The notes under the pieces are model-generated. The model did no database searches, had not been told where the DNA came from, and saw only the letters and a program-made list of their open reading frames with translations. DNA of 63,991 nt, counting the filler, from Rhabdomonas costata (lineage: Eukaryota), in the NCBI GenBank assembly GCA_019059605.1. It is 12 parts of 12 records of this genome, joined end to end, with 100 filler letters (N's around TTAATTAATTAA, not from the genome) between each part and the next. Parts side by side here need not be neighbours in the genome. Positions count along the whole stretch, not along the records: positions 1 to 5,212 come from JAHMHO010000083.1; positions 5,313 to 10,588 come from JAHMHO010000084.1; positions 10,689 to 15,892 come from JAHMHO010000085.1; 9 more parts are not named here. One strand, 5' to 3'. The translations under genes and the position numbers were made by a program. Below, in pieces: positions 1 to 10,895 of this stretch. The stretch's first letter is position 1. Every line of letters starts with the position of its first letter.

Positions 1-199
1 TTTTGGTGGTGGTGGTGGTGAGTACAGCACGTGCTGGCGGCGGCGGTGGCAGCCAAAACTCGGGGCTTAGCCCAAATGTTTGAATCCTGCTGGGAAGATG
101 CGTTTCGACTTTAAACTTTCAGCAATTGGTGCTGACGTGTCGTCTGCGACCTTACCGTGCAATCGTTGTTGGGAGCTCCAACACATCAATTCAAGGGGC

Positions 200-780
200 T
201 TGCTCGACGCTCCCAAACCCTGGTTGAGTTTTGCATTTGGCTAGGGCGTCATGCATTACCTCAGTGCAGCTGCCCGCTGTCCACCAGTCGCACAGGGACC
301 AGTTATTGCAGAAACCAGGCGCTAACTGGTCGCTTGCATCGCTTCCAGTGTGGCTGCGCGGGTTCGAGGTGGCAACGGCGTCTATTGTGTCTTCGGCATG
401 CGGTCGTGTCTGGCTTCCATTGACACGCTTGGACCCAGCTCTCTTCGCCCAAGTCCAAGAATAGTACTCCAGGACTCAACCAGCACTCCCCCCACCATCG
501 TGTGTGCAGCACGTGTATAACTTTTTGTTACGAACAAGCAACTGCGGAGGCGGCATGAGGCCTGAGTCTCCAAGGTATTCCAGTTTTTCCAGAGCAGCGG
601 AATTTATCGCACACCTGTTTAAGTCCCCTTTGCCAATGGGACACCCCATGATGTTAAAGGCATTTTTGAAGTCCAACAAAAGAAGGGCAGGATCTGCAGG
701 TACCCCCGAGTGCAGCCACTCCTTTGCCTTGTGGATGATGGATTCTGTGGCAGCGGGGTCAGATACTTTGCTTCATCTTG
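200..780 (-). pseudogene. Decayed, internally deleted non-LTR retrotransposon RT remnant (CRE clade-like)
   Basis: Minus strand reads AKYLTPL / ATESIIHKAKEWL...LLLLDFKNAFN, matching the CRE-type RT pattern ExxIH...LDFxNAFN. It is joined directly to IMGCPIG (LGxPIG, end of RT), then EESWVQAC. The YxDD core is missing and frames are broken. Boundaries are approximate. Confidence 0.6.
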
Positions 781-1105
781 AACTTACTTCGCTGTCCTTC
801 TGACAGGCTCTTCTGGGGTCCCAACAAAAAGTCTCCTAGACATGGGAGATGCCTCTAGTGCAAGAAAATGTTCCTCCGCGGCACCAATTTTGAACGTACA
901 ATCGAGTGTGTAAACTGCAAAGCGCGTTATGTATCGACAGCGAAATCTTCCGCCTTCTTCGCTCACTTTGTTACCCTGCAGCGATGTTTTCCGTACCACA
1001 ATCACCTTCTTTTCTGCGTCTGAAGTCACTATGGGGCTCTCCCATGACGATGCTTATGAGGCTGATGCTGGCGATTTTGGTTGTTCCGGTGTTTATCTTC
1101 CCCAG

Positions 1106-3614
1106 GCAGGCAGGCAGGCGCGTTTTGGAGTTGCCCCTGGCAAACTTTACAGAGCTCCTTCGCGATGTGGAGACGCCCCAGGGGCTGCTACGGATGCAGC
1201 AGGAACTCGATCGGTCCTTCTTTAATTTGAGCTACGCCTTCCCCAAAGGAGAGAATATTTGGGATCCGCAGTTCCGCCAGGCCCTGCGGGAGCCTCGACG
1301 CCGTCGGCTGGTGGTGTTCTTGCATCTCGGCTTGGTGCCCCCCCCTCCCGTTTCTTCTTCGTCAGGAGGAAGGAGAGATGGTCCTTTTTAAAAATTAGAG
1401 ATGCACATAGACTCCCCTTCCCATATGGTGACTTAACCCAGCGCCGCTTTTTCAAAGTACAGCCACGGGCGCCAGGGCTGTAACAAAAAAACCTGGTTGG
1501 TATAACCAGTGGTTGTTGTATAGTGGTTATAACCGTTGTTAAAAACAACCAGTCTCAGGGGGAAAACTGTTTCTTTTCCCAGCTTGAAGCCGTGATTTTT
1601 TCATTTTTGTTCGAAAACCCCCGTTTTTTTCCCAGGGCAAGAAAGAAGCAACCATGTGCAGCGCACAGCCGAAAGGCAGTGTTCACAGGGTTTCTACCGT
1701 GCACATTACACATTACAAGGGGAGGGCGTTGTGTTGTTTGAGAATGCCAAGATCAGGCTTCCGGACAGATAGGAGACCGCGTCCAGCGTCCAGGTTCACC
1801 TCTTTTTCACCCCCACTGATTTTCCTGTGCTGTCCACCAAGCTCACAAGCGGCGTGTAAAATAAGCCACTGCTCCAGAGAGCTGATGAGGGTCAAAGGAA
1901 AAAGAGATAGGGAGCATGGTTTTCGACATTTCCTACTAACTGAAAGGAAAGGGAACGACAATGGTTTTGTGACAGCTCAACAACATCAGCCAGGCAAGCG
2001 CAGTGCGCCTGCTTGAAGCACTGCAGTTCTCGGGGCTGCTGCGGTATGCCAAGCTTTTCGTGGGCATCGTGGGCGACGAGAAGTTCCTCCCCCGCCTGCC
2101 CCGTTGGTCGAAGGTGGTGTACCGGGGTCACCTGAGGCGATTTGAGATGCCCACCTTGCGCGCCCTACGAGACCACGCCAGGCGCAACCCCGAAGACTAC
2201 GTGCTCTACTTGCACAACAAAGGCGAATGCCCACCCACCCACATACACCATTCACGCAAGCAACACTCGCTGCTACCATGCGCACATCTACAACGTTCTC
2301 ATCCCGTGCCGTTTGCACCGCATCAGCAACCGCAGTTCTTTACAGTGGTGTCAGATTGCACTGGTTGGCGTTGGACTGCTTCACGGGCGGTTTACAATCA
2401 GACAGAATAAAAAAGATTCGGCCAAGCAGATGCAGAATTTCTATTGAGATCATCGTTGACTTCGTACTTTTTATCGGGGGAAGGCAAATATGAACTTTGA
2501 GGCACCTGTTACGTATCCTCTCGAGAAAACAAAAGACAACATGCATTTTGGCTCAAAACTCAAAAAGAAAGATGCAAATGACACGCTCCGGTTCGGCTCC
2601 TTTGACAACCGGGTCTTTCTTTTTCTGACTGCAGCTTGCACATGCATAGAGCGTTGGGCGGTGTGTTCGACTTTTCCCGACTCTACTATTGTGCGAATTT
2701 GGCTGGGCGGGTTTGTTCCTGCAGGGGGCTTCACGCCGTCGATATCGCAGGATTTTTGGAGGGAGGTCATGACCTGGGTGGCAGTGTGGCTCCATCGTTG
2801 GTGCGTGATACTTCTGGCTCACTACCAGACCGTGGGCATCCACCTCGTGCGGGTGCCCCCGAATTCGACCGACAATGGAGTGGACGCTTACTATGCGGGG
2901 AACTTCTGGTGGGCCCGGGCATCTTACCTGCGCGCGCTGAACCCAAACCCCATCGAGCATCCTCAGAGCCGCTTTGACGCCGAGGTAAGATTGCGTTTTG
3001 TATGCAGAATTAGCAATCTCGCTGGAGTAGTTAAAAATCACTTCCGCTTCTGTGCTTCCGCCAGATGTCATTCTAAATATTCTTTCTGGTATTGTGCTCC
3101 TTTTCAGTAGCTGTGAGTACGTGGTGTTTCTTCAGAACCGACTGTGGGGGACTGTGTTGTGTGCCATAAGTTGCTTCAGCACCGCATTTGCTGCGTGGGT
3201 GGGTGGGGGCACCTGGCCACTTCCCCGCTGCCACTGCTAGTGAGTGAGTTTGGTCATGGCCTGGAGTCCATGGGCCGTTGTGTTTTCGCTCACTTCTTTT
3301 CTTGTCTTTGAACCATCATACAGATTTGGCTGGGTACCCCAGTGCAGGACCGGTCCCTCCTAACGCCCTCTCTTGGGCGCTACGGCTGCCTTCTGCAGCC
3401 CGCGTTGCACATGCGGTACTACCCTTTTCAGCGGTTCCGGTATCTCAACCCTTCCGTGTACCACGCCATGGCCATGGCGGTGTGGGAGCACCGCCCGGGA
3501 AACACCCCACGGGAGCCTCTGAGGAGCTGCGTGGTCCACTGCCAACACTTTACTTGCGGTCGGGATGACATCACCCCCGCGGAGTGGGGGATACCCCCGC
3601 TGAAGCTGGTCTGA
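1106..3614 (+). CDS. Spliced gene (5' end uncertain), uncharacterised 'YLHxKG...GNFWWAR' family, putative glycosyltransferase-like; exons ~1106-1334, 1976-2222, 2725-2984, 3324-3614
   Basis: Exons join in phase: VFLHLGL|LNN...SGLL...FEMPTL...YVLYLHNKG|GF...WREVM...YYAGNFWWARASYLRAL...RFDAE|IWLG...stop at 3612-3614. TACTAAC branch-point at 1934-1940. The second intron is GC-AG (2223-2724). Confidence 0.75.
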
Positions 3615-4102
3615 CCGCTGAAATGGAGAGAAAGTGGGGCAATGAACCAGGTGGCAAGTGCGAATGTCTTCTTGGATACAGCGTTATTCGGGGAATGCAC
3701 TCTTGTAAGAAGTCGGTCTTACGCTCGGGAGGCGCCCTGTTTGGCGTCTGCCGATGTTACAAGCCGGAGTTTGGTTCGATTAGGGTAATGGTTAGGGTTA
3801 GGATTTGGTTTTCGTACCCAAAGGGAGATTGACTTGGTGCAGGGGAAAAGCCCTAACCTATGCCAAGCGGACCTGCACGCGTCAGTGGAGCGGTTCCAAC
3901 TGTTCCAACTTTCCCGGAAGAACATTTAAACCGCACGATGAACACCAGCAATGTCGTTTTGTATTTTGGGGAGATCCAGGCGGAGAATCGAGAGGGAAAA
4001 TTTAAGCGCAGGGAAAATAGACTTTTGGGGGTGTTTCGTGCCTCTCTGGACAGGCTATGCTGCTGCCACAGCGCCTGCCACAACCAACACACCCAACTGT
4101 AG

Positions 4103-4366
4103 GTCCGTTTTGCGTTTTATTTGCCCGTTTCGGCAGCTTGTGGTGCGCCCAGTCGCGAACTCTTGAGGGCTTTGTTCTACCAAAGGGAAGGGGAGGGGAG
4201 GGAAGGTGTCGCCCCTGCCGGAATGTTGCGCCGGGCGGTGCCCCTGTTGAAGGTGTCCATCAAGGCGCGGTCCCAGGTCAACGAGAAGAGGAGTGCCCGC
4301 GCCGCAGTGACTGAGGTCGACAGCGCGATGATTCGTGGACGCCACCGCCTGCATTACCGAGCCACG
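4103..4366 (+). CDS. Probable exon of a hypothetical protein
   Basis: GC-rich open frame (VRFAFYLPV...HYRAT) flanked by a TAG acceptor and a GT donor; no recognisable motif. Confidence 0.3.
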
Positions 4367-5212
4367 GTGCTTGATTCTCCACCCGTTGTTAGTTGGTTAG
4401 TTATGCTTTTGGAAAAAAGCCTGCTTCCACCTGCTCATGACTTCCAAAAATAGACCACGGATTCATTCCAGGCGATACTTTTCACCTCCGCACAACATTT
4501 AAAGTTTTAAGTTCACCCAAGTTTAAACTTGACTTCCAAAGCAATGCAATACACAAAAAAAAGCGGAACTGTAGCTATTCTGTGAAAGCAGGCAGGGGCT
4601 TCGGGGTGACAAGCATAATTTAAAATCATGAAAATCGGGCTGATTGTCTATTGGATTGTCGTTGATTTTGTATTGGCAAAATTATCGCCCCCGGGGCTAT
4701 TGATTTGATGGGAAACAGGGTGCTGTATCCACCTTCCTCGTGGGTATTTGATTACGGTTTTTCCTTCTGGTGGGGCTTTCTCTGGGGGAGTCCAGGGCTT
4801 GGACCTGCATTGTTTGTTATTGTTTCCTAGCTCTCTGCCTTCAGAACATAGAGACTCACGGCAAGTACGGGAGGTCCCCCTCATCTCTGGCTACCGGCTC
4901 AGACCTGGTGACAAAAAACACAAGGCCCGGAGGGGAGTCACCACCTCAATGATGGGCTTTTCGCTTTCAAACGATTTCAATAAGAAATATTTTGATTTTG
5001 ATGCGTTTTTAAGTACCCGAACTGCACACAACAAAACAGCATGTTCTTTCATGATCTGATTCCATTTCCTTTCTTTTGGTTCACCATTCCCTTTCCCATG
5101 CCGAACAACGTGAACCTGAACCCTGACCCTATGTTCAGCTTTCCTGAAAAAAGAAGAAACCCCGAAGCTGGAGTTCGTTTGCCCCCGTTTTTTTTTTCAG
5201 TAAAAAACCCCC

Positions 5213-5312
5213 NNNNNNNNNNNNNNNNNNNNNNNNNNNNNNNNNNNNNNNNNNNNTTAATTAATTAANNNNNNNNNNNNNNNNNNNNNNNNNNNNNNNN
5301 NNNNNNNNNNNN
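5213..5312. other. Artificial contig linker N44-TTAATTAATTAA-N44
   Basis: Identical 100-nt spacer with stops in all six frames; occurs 11 times in the window. Confidence 0.98.
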
Positions 5313-6958
5313 GTTTTTTAGTCTTCTGAGCTCTTTTGGGTCTTCTTGGATACACGTATGAAACCAAGGCAGTCACAGGTAAAGTGATAATCGGGTGCAA
5401 TGGAAGTTGCTGGAAGCTGTTCTTCGCCCCTGAAATAATGCTGTCCTACTAGTCCGCCCATATCCCAGCCATTGGCCAGCAGTAGCTTTCAGCTGCTAAT
5501 CAAAAACCGTCATCTAAGGGGGCACTGACAAAATTTACCTAACCCACTGAGTCATTTCGAGGGTGTTGGCGTATTTGAGGTGACCCCTTTTTTTAAATTA
5601 GCACAAGTGTTGAGCCAGTTTTCTGTTACCACTGGCAACCATTATCAGTAACCGTAACCACTCTCCTCACCGCCCCCAGGGCCGATAGTCGGGCGCGGGG
5701 GAGGGGGTGCAAAGAGAAGGCTTGCATCTGATGATGTTTGCATGATGAAGACAAGCAGCTGATGCAGGTCGCCACAACACTGTTAATCGCCATGGAGGAT
5801 CATGCTGACAATCAGAAACTGGTCATTACCAACTAGGAAATGGGTTGGATTTGGCCTCAGGGTTTGGGGTAGGAGTCGCGAAGAAGGTTTGGTTAAATAG
5901 TGAATGGCCAACATACGCTCAGGTGACGCACGTGCCAAAAAGCAGCTCTGGATCGGAGCACATCCGTGATGAATCCGACTTTCCTGCTTCTGCAAAGTCA
6001 CACACGGATGCACGCAGACCCCGCGGCGCGGTACTGCTCGGCAAGATACTCCGCGGCCTTGTGCCCGGCGGAGTTCAGCCTGAGCCCGCTGTGCAGCCCC
6101 CCGGCCTCTGTGGAGATCTTTACAAGGGCCTCGTGGTGGCAGCGGATGGCCTGCGGGTCTAAGCTGCTGGGACTGACTCGGGGGGCGGAGGAAGCAGATG
6201 AAGGCATATTACGTAAGAAAGAATCAGTCCAAAGACGATGAAAGACGATGCCGAACAAAGAAAGCGTCGCCTGACGGATGGTACGGTAGAATTTCGGAAG
6301 TCCACCAACTCACAGGGAGCTTACGCCACTCGCTTGGATATTAAGAGCCCGTTTTGCATTTTCAAAACAAAAACTAAGAAACTCAGAAAATTATCAATTT
6401 CAAAAAATTTTCCCCGAACAAGTCGGCGAAGCCACCCCCTGTTATTCCTATTAAAGGGTGCACTTGTATCATAATTAATTGAGATCCGCGCACAACACAT
6501 TCCCGTAATAATATGTGCACAGTGGATCTGCCGAAGAATGGCAACATCGACGACAGAACGAAGTTAGAGGAAAGCCCAACTTCAAAGGCATGAAGGCCTG
6601 GGAACAGACTCTGGGACGAAGAAGGGAACAACCGGAAAGGCAAAACCTAACAACCCTTAAGTCTGTTGTAAAAACTCACAACAAGCCGTCCTGAAACGTT
6701 TCACGACCCCCCGATCTGCCAGTTGTTCGCCTGTCTTCTGGGTCCCACTATTCATGGCATACATGAACATCCTCCCTCCCTGAGAGCAGAAATACCGCAC
6801 AGAAATCTGAAACCCGCAGATACAAACGGCTTGTAATCTGACGTCAGGCTTCTGACTCGAAAACTCCCACTGCACAGTCCAAGCGTCATTGTAAGGATTG
6901 CAGCGAATCAGAATTGTCCTCCAGCTTTTATTGACAACTATGTGACAGATTCAAAAGC

Positions 6959-9900
6959 CTAGCCCTTCCGCTTCGGCGAGGGCAAGGTCAACTGTGCCTC
7001 CGACGCTGCCCTAACGCGAGCAGCCCCAACTGCCAGAGGCTCTCTTGATGGTGGGTCCTGCTCCACTCCCGCCAGCATCGCCTCCATTGTCGCCGCCCAG
7101 TCTGAGCCAGGATTGTAGTAGGTATGGTACACCTTTTGCGCCAACTCAAGACGGTGTCGCAGCTCCACTAACATCGTCCGGCAGCACTCCGTCTCAGGTG
7201 AGGATGGGCCCCCAGCAGGGGCCACAACCTCGAGCTGCCGCTCCAGGCCTTCCAGCTCAGTCTCCAGGCGGTGAGCGAGCTCTTGGAGCTTTGCGAGGAC
7301 TTCTTTGGCAGCGGGGAGGTCTTGCAGGGCGAGCCGAATGGCTTGGGCACAGCGCTTCCGAAGCGGAGGGAACATCATCCAGGCACTGGCGGGAAACCCC
7401 ACAATCCCAAGCAACGTTTTTTTAGTAACACAACAGCAGCCCGATTTCAGTAGGGCACTTCTGAAAGTGGTTACGATGTGGAAGCGGGTGATGGACCCTT
7501 GCTCTGGGAACGAGATCCAAAGCTACCGAGCATTGGCCGTGATCATTCATCACACAGTAATACCGATGCGTATACAGCGCAAACCCACGGACTCAAGGTA
7601 AGATAGTCTGTCACCTACCAAACCAGAAAACCAAAACTTAAACTAGTCTTTGTGAAGACTACTCTTGGTGTTGCCAACTTTCCTGCCAATCGATTACTTC
7701 TCTCTTCTGTACTTCTGTACNNNNNNNNNNNNNNNNNNNNNNNNNNNNGCATTGGCCGTGATCATTCATCACACAGTAATACCGATGCGTATACAGCGCA
7801 AACCCACGGACTCAAGGTAAGATAGTCTGTCACCTACCAAACCAGAAAACTAAAACTAAAACTAGTCTTTGTGAAGACTACTCTTGGTGTTGCCAACTTT
7901 CCTGCCAATCGATTACTTCTCTCTTCTGTACTTCTGTACTCACTCAAGAAACATATAAGTCAAGAATAGAGCTTGTTTGGCTACTTCAGGCCCAAGTCGC
8001 TAAGAAGGTACCGCTTCATTGACCCTCAGCGGATCGGAAATCTGTTACCTCGATCTTTTTCGTGGAATCTTACGTAAAGGCAAACCCTCAGGATAACCCG
8101 CATTAACCCCAACGTTGGGGACCCACATCACTCGGAGTAGCATACATATTCGTGAGCTGCTTCACGCCTCCGTTGCTGGTTGGCGTCAGCTGAACTGAAA
8201 GCAAACCCCACACCCACACAAACATATTGAGGTGCTAAAGAAGAAATGAAACAGATACCCGGCATGACGAAAAAAAACAAGTTCTAGGCCCACAGTTGAA
8301 TTATTATACGGTCCTTTTCACCTTAAAGGGGGCTCTTTAAAGGTTGTGAATGCACGTGCTTATACAAACCGCTTTGCTCTTGGACATTTGAAGCGCCAAC
8401 GTGACTGCGTGTTTTCGGCCAATCACACACATATTTCTGAAGTGTGTGCGCGCGACGTGCGCCGCCGGCTCACTGCTAAGCGCACACGGGTCGTGTGCTG
8501 AGGCATGTCCTCGGCCCATACGTCTCCAGCCAAACTCAGCCAAAAAAGCCTCTGGCACCGATATGACGGGATGCATTCATTTCAGTTCTTGGGAAAAAAG
8601 CTGTCTACCGGTGAAAAGTGTTCGCGTTGTGTAACAAAAGGCATCCATCAAAAAGTGGGTGAAATTCCGGTGTCCATTTATACTGTTTAACTTTAATGTC
8701 GGCGTTCTTTTAAACCTTTGGAGCAAGACTGCTGCAGATAGGGTAAGGAGGAACAAGCTCCAAAGCGGAGTCTTCGCTCGCTCGTTCGTTCTTATGACCG
8801 GCGCTTTCCTCCACCCCCGCACTAACCTCCCACCGCTTCCATGAGAGTGGGCTTCAGCTGCAGCAAGCCCCGGGCAGTCTCCGCCCACCCAGGGTCCCCC
8901 AAGCTGAGCTGCAGGCTGAGCTTCTGCGCGGAGCTCCACAGGGGCTTCGCCCACTGCGCGGTGGGCGTGGGGTTGCCAGCCATGTACCCCTGAAGGTCCT
9001 CCAGCCGTTCCACCCACAGCTTGGGCTTGCGCACCGGCACAAGGGCGTCCACTGAGAGCGTCACCGAAGACCACAAAAGGGAAAACTGCACCAAGGATTC
9101 CCGATTCTTCGCCCTGCTTTCGTTAACATCGCATTCGTGCCGTTTCTGCATATATGTATTTTCAGCGACTGAAAAGTGTTACGCTAAGCATTCGTGAGAT
9201 TCGTATTCCTCGGCGGTTCTAATAAAGTCCTAAAAAGTCAAATTAGGCTCGCAAAGAAGGTTGCGTTTTTCTGAAATGAGCAGAAGCTCGCCAACCCCTT
9301 GCAGCACCCACAGCTTGGGCTTCCGCACTGGCACAAGAGCGTTTTTCCACGCAGACGAAAAACCTGCAACACTGTGCCAGGGATCCCTTGTTCATAATGT
9401 TTGGCCCAGCTTTCGTAAAAATTCGAAAATTTCGTTAACATCATACTCTTCTTGTGATTTGAAAATTCGAAGAAAAAACACAGGGGGTTCGCAAACCCCC
9501 GATTTTCGTATTCTTTTTTCCAGCTGTGCTCAGCAGGCAGGCTGGACCTGGCAACCTCAGATGGGGCTGTTCACCCTTCACACACAGAGCAAGGCGATGC
9601 ACTTGTCCGGAGAGTTGGAGGAGAGATGGGACAGAGTCATTTCGGATGGGAGGGAGGGGCAACGTTGTACTTCCAGTGTCTTAGCTCCAAATCTCTGTCT
9701 TAGCCCCCACCCCTCACCCTCCCACCAAAATTGATTCCGCCCCTCAACAGTGATATTCGCTAACTGCACACTTGCGAAATTTTGAAGCAGCGGGGTAGAG
9801 GGTGTGTTTGTGTTTGTGTTTGTGTGATGGGTATAAAGCGCTGGCTGTCGAATGACCAACTGTTGGTGACCGCTGTGGACTGACGGGAGCACTCGAGCCA

Positions 9901-10272
9901 TTGACCACAACGGTGTGCTCGCGAGAGGTATACCTTGCAAGCCAACCGCACCCTGGGGCTCACCGCCGAATGCTCCCCTAATGCTTCCCTCCCTTCTGCG
10001 CCATGGGCCCCGGCCCTTGTCGCTCCATTGGCGTTCGGCTCTGTGCACGTGTGTGGAATAATGCAGAAGGGCATACGCAGAGTGTACAGGAACTTCGCCA
10101 GGGCGGTGGCCTGCCCACGGGATTGGGCCTGCAGCTTGCCCTCCTCCTGCTCCGCGGTAGCCTGGATGCTGGCCAGCAGCTCGGGGCTCTCCACCAGCCC
10201 GCTCAGTGAGAGGGCCTGCTGGTACTCCACGCTGTGCGCCACTTCCCAGGCCTTCTTCGCCGATCCGAATAC
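6959..10272 (-). CDS. Multi-exon hypothetical helical/coiled-coil protein (exons ~10077-10272, ~8835-9085, ~6959-7388; linkage of the exons is uncertain)
   Basis: GC-rich open frames with AG/GT borders (VFGSAKKAWEV..., ALVPVRKPKLWVERL..., WMMFPPLRKRCAQAIRLALQ...); no family recognised. Confidence 0.45.
7530..7939. repeat. Near-identical ~190-bp duplication flanking an internal N gap (probable unmerged scaffold overlap)
   Basis: 7530-7720 is repeated at 7749-7939 with about 2 mismatches, on either side of the N run at 7721-7748. Confidence 0.85.
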
Positions 10273-10588
10273 CTGCAAAGGGGACCCGCAAACCTGCCAA
10301 TGCACTGGTGATGCTGCTGGTTGGAGCTGATTTACTTTGCTGTGAAGTCTGATGCCAGTTGTGGTCCTTGAGGTTGTGGAAAATTAACACCTGAGGAGGC
10401 AGGAGGAGGCACCTAGTTGTCTTTTTAGAAAAAATCGAAAAGGTTCGAAGAGTCTCGACTTAGGTCAAGATAAACCGCGAAGCCTCGCCCTGCTCAGCAC
10501 CCAACACCACCACCATCGAGGTTTATTTAGCTTCACTGTTGGCGAAATGGCCATTGAAGTCCGGGGTCCCCTCCCAAGCCACCACACC

Positions 10589-10688
10589 NNNNNNNNNNNN
10601 NNNNNNNNNNNNNNNNNNNNNNNNNNNNNNNNTTAATTAATTAANNNNNNNNNNNNNNNNNNNNNNNNNNNNNNNNNNNNNNNNNNNN
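10589..10688. other. Artificial contig linker
   Basis: N44-TTAATTAATTAA-N44. Confidence 0.98.
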
Positions 10689-10895
10689 GGTTGGGGGTCA
10701 AACCCAAAAAGTAGAGAGGGGTAGGTGGCAGGGTTTTCGCTTTCAAATGACTTCAGCCTGAGCCAACTCTGCCTGAATCGCTATGACACGTCACGGGTCA
10801 TAGACTCGAGCCCATCTGCCACAGCTCGGTGCTTGGGTTCCTTGGCCGGCGCTCTTGCAGTTCAGGGAAAAGCTCGTGTGTGCCTGTGTGCGTAC

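Noticed and set aside
3780-3803. TTAGGG-like repeats as a telomere
   Set aside because: Only 2-3 degenerate interstitial units.
5257-5268. TTAATTAATTAA recurring about every 5.3 kb as a possible biological repeat or CRISPR-like array
   Set aside because: It is always embedded in exactly 44+44 Ns, so it is an artificial concatenation linker.
7530-7939. LTR-like direct repeat
   Set aside because: The copies abut an N gap with no interior, consistent with an unmerged or allelic overlap.
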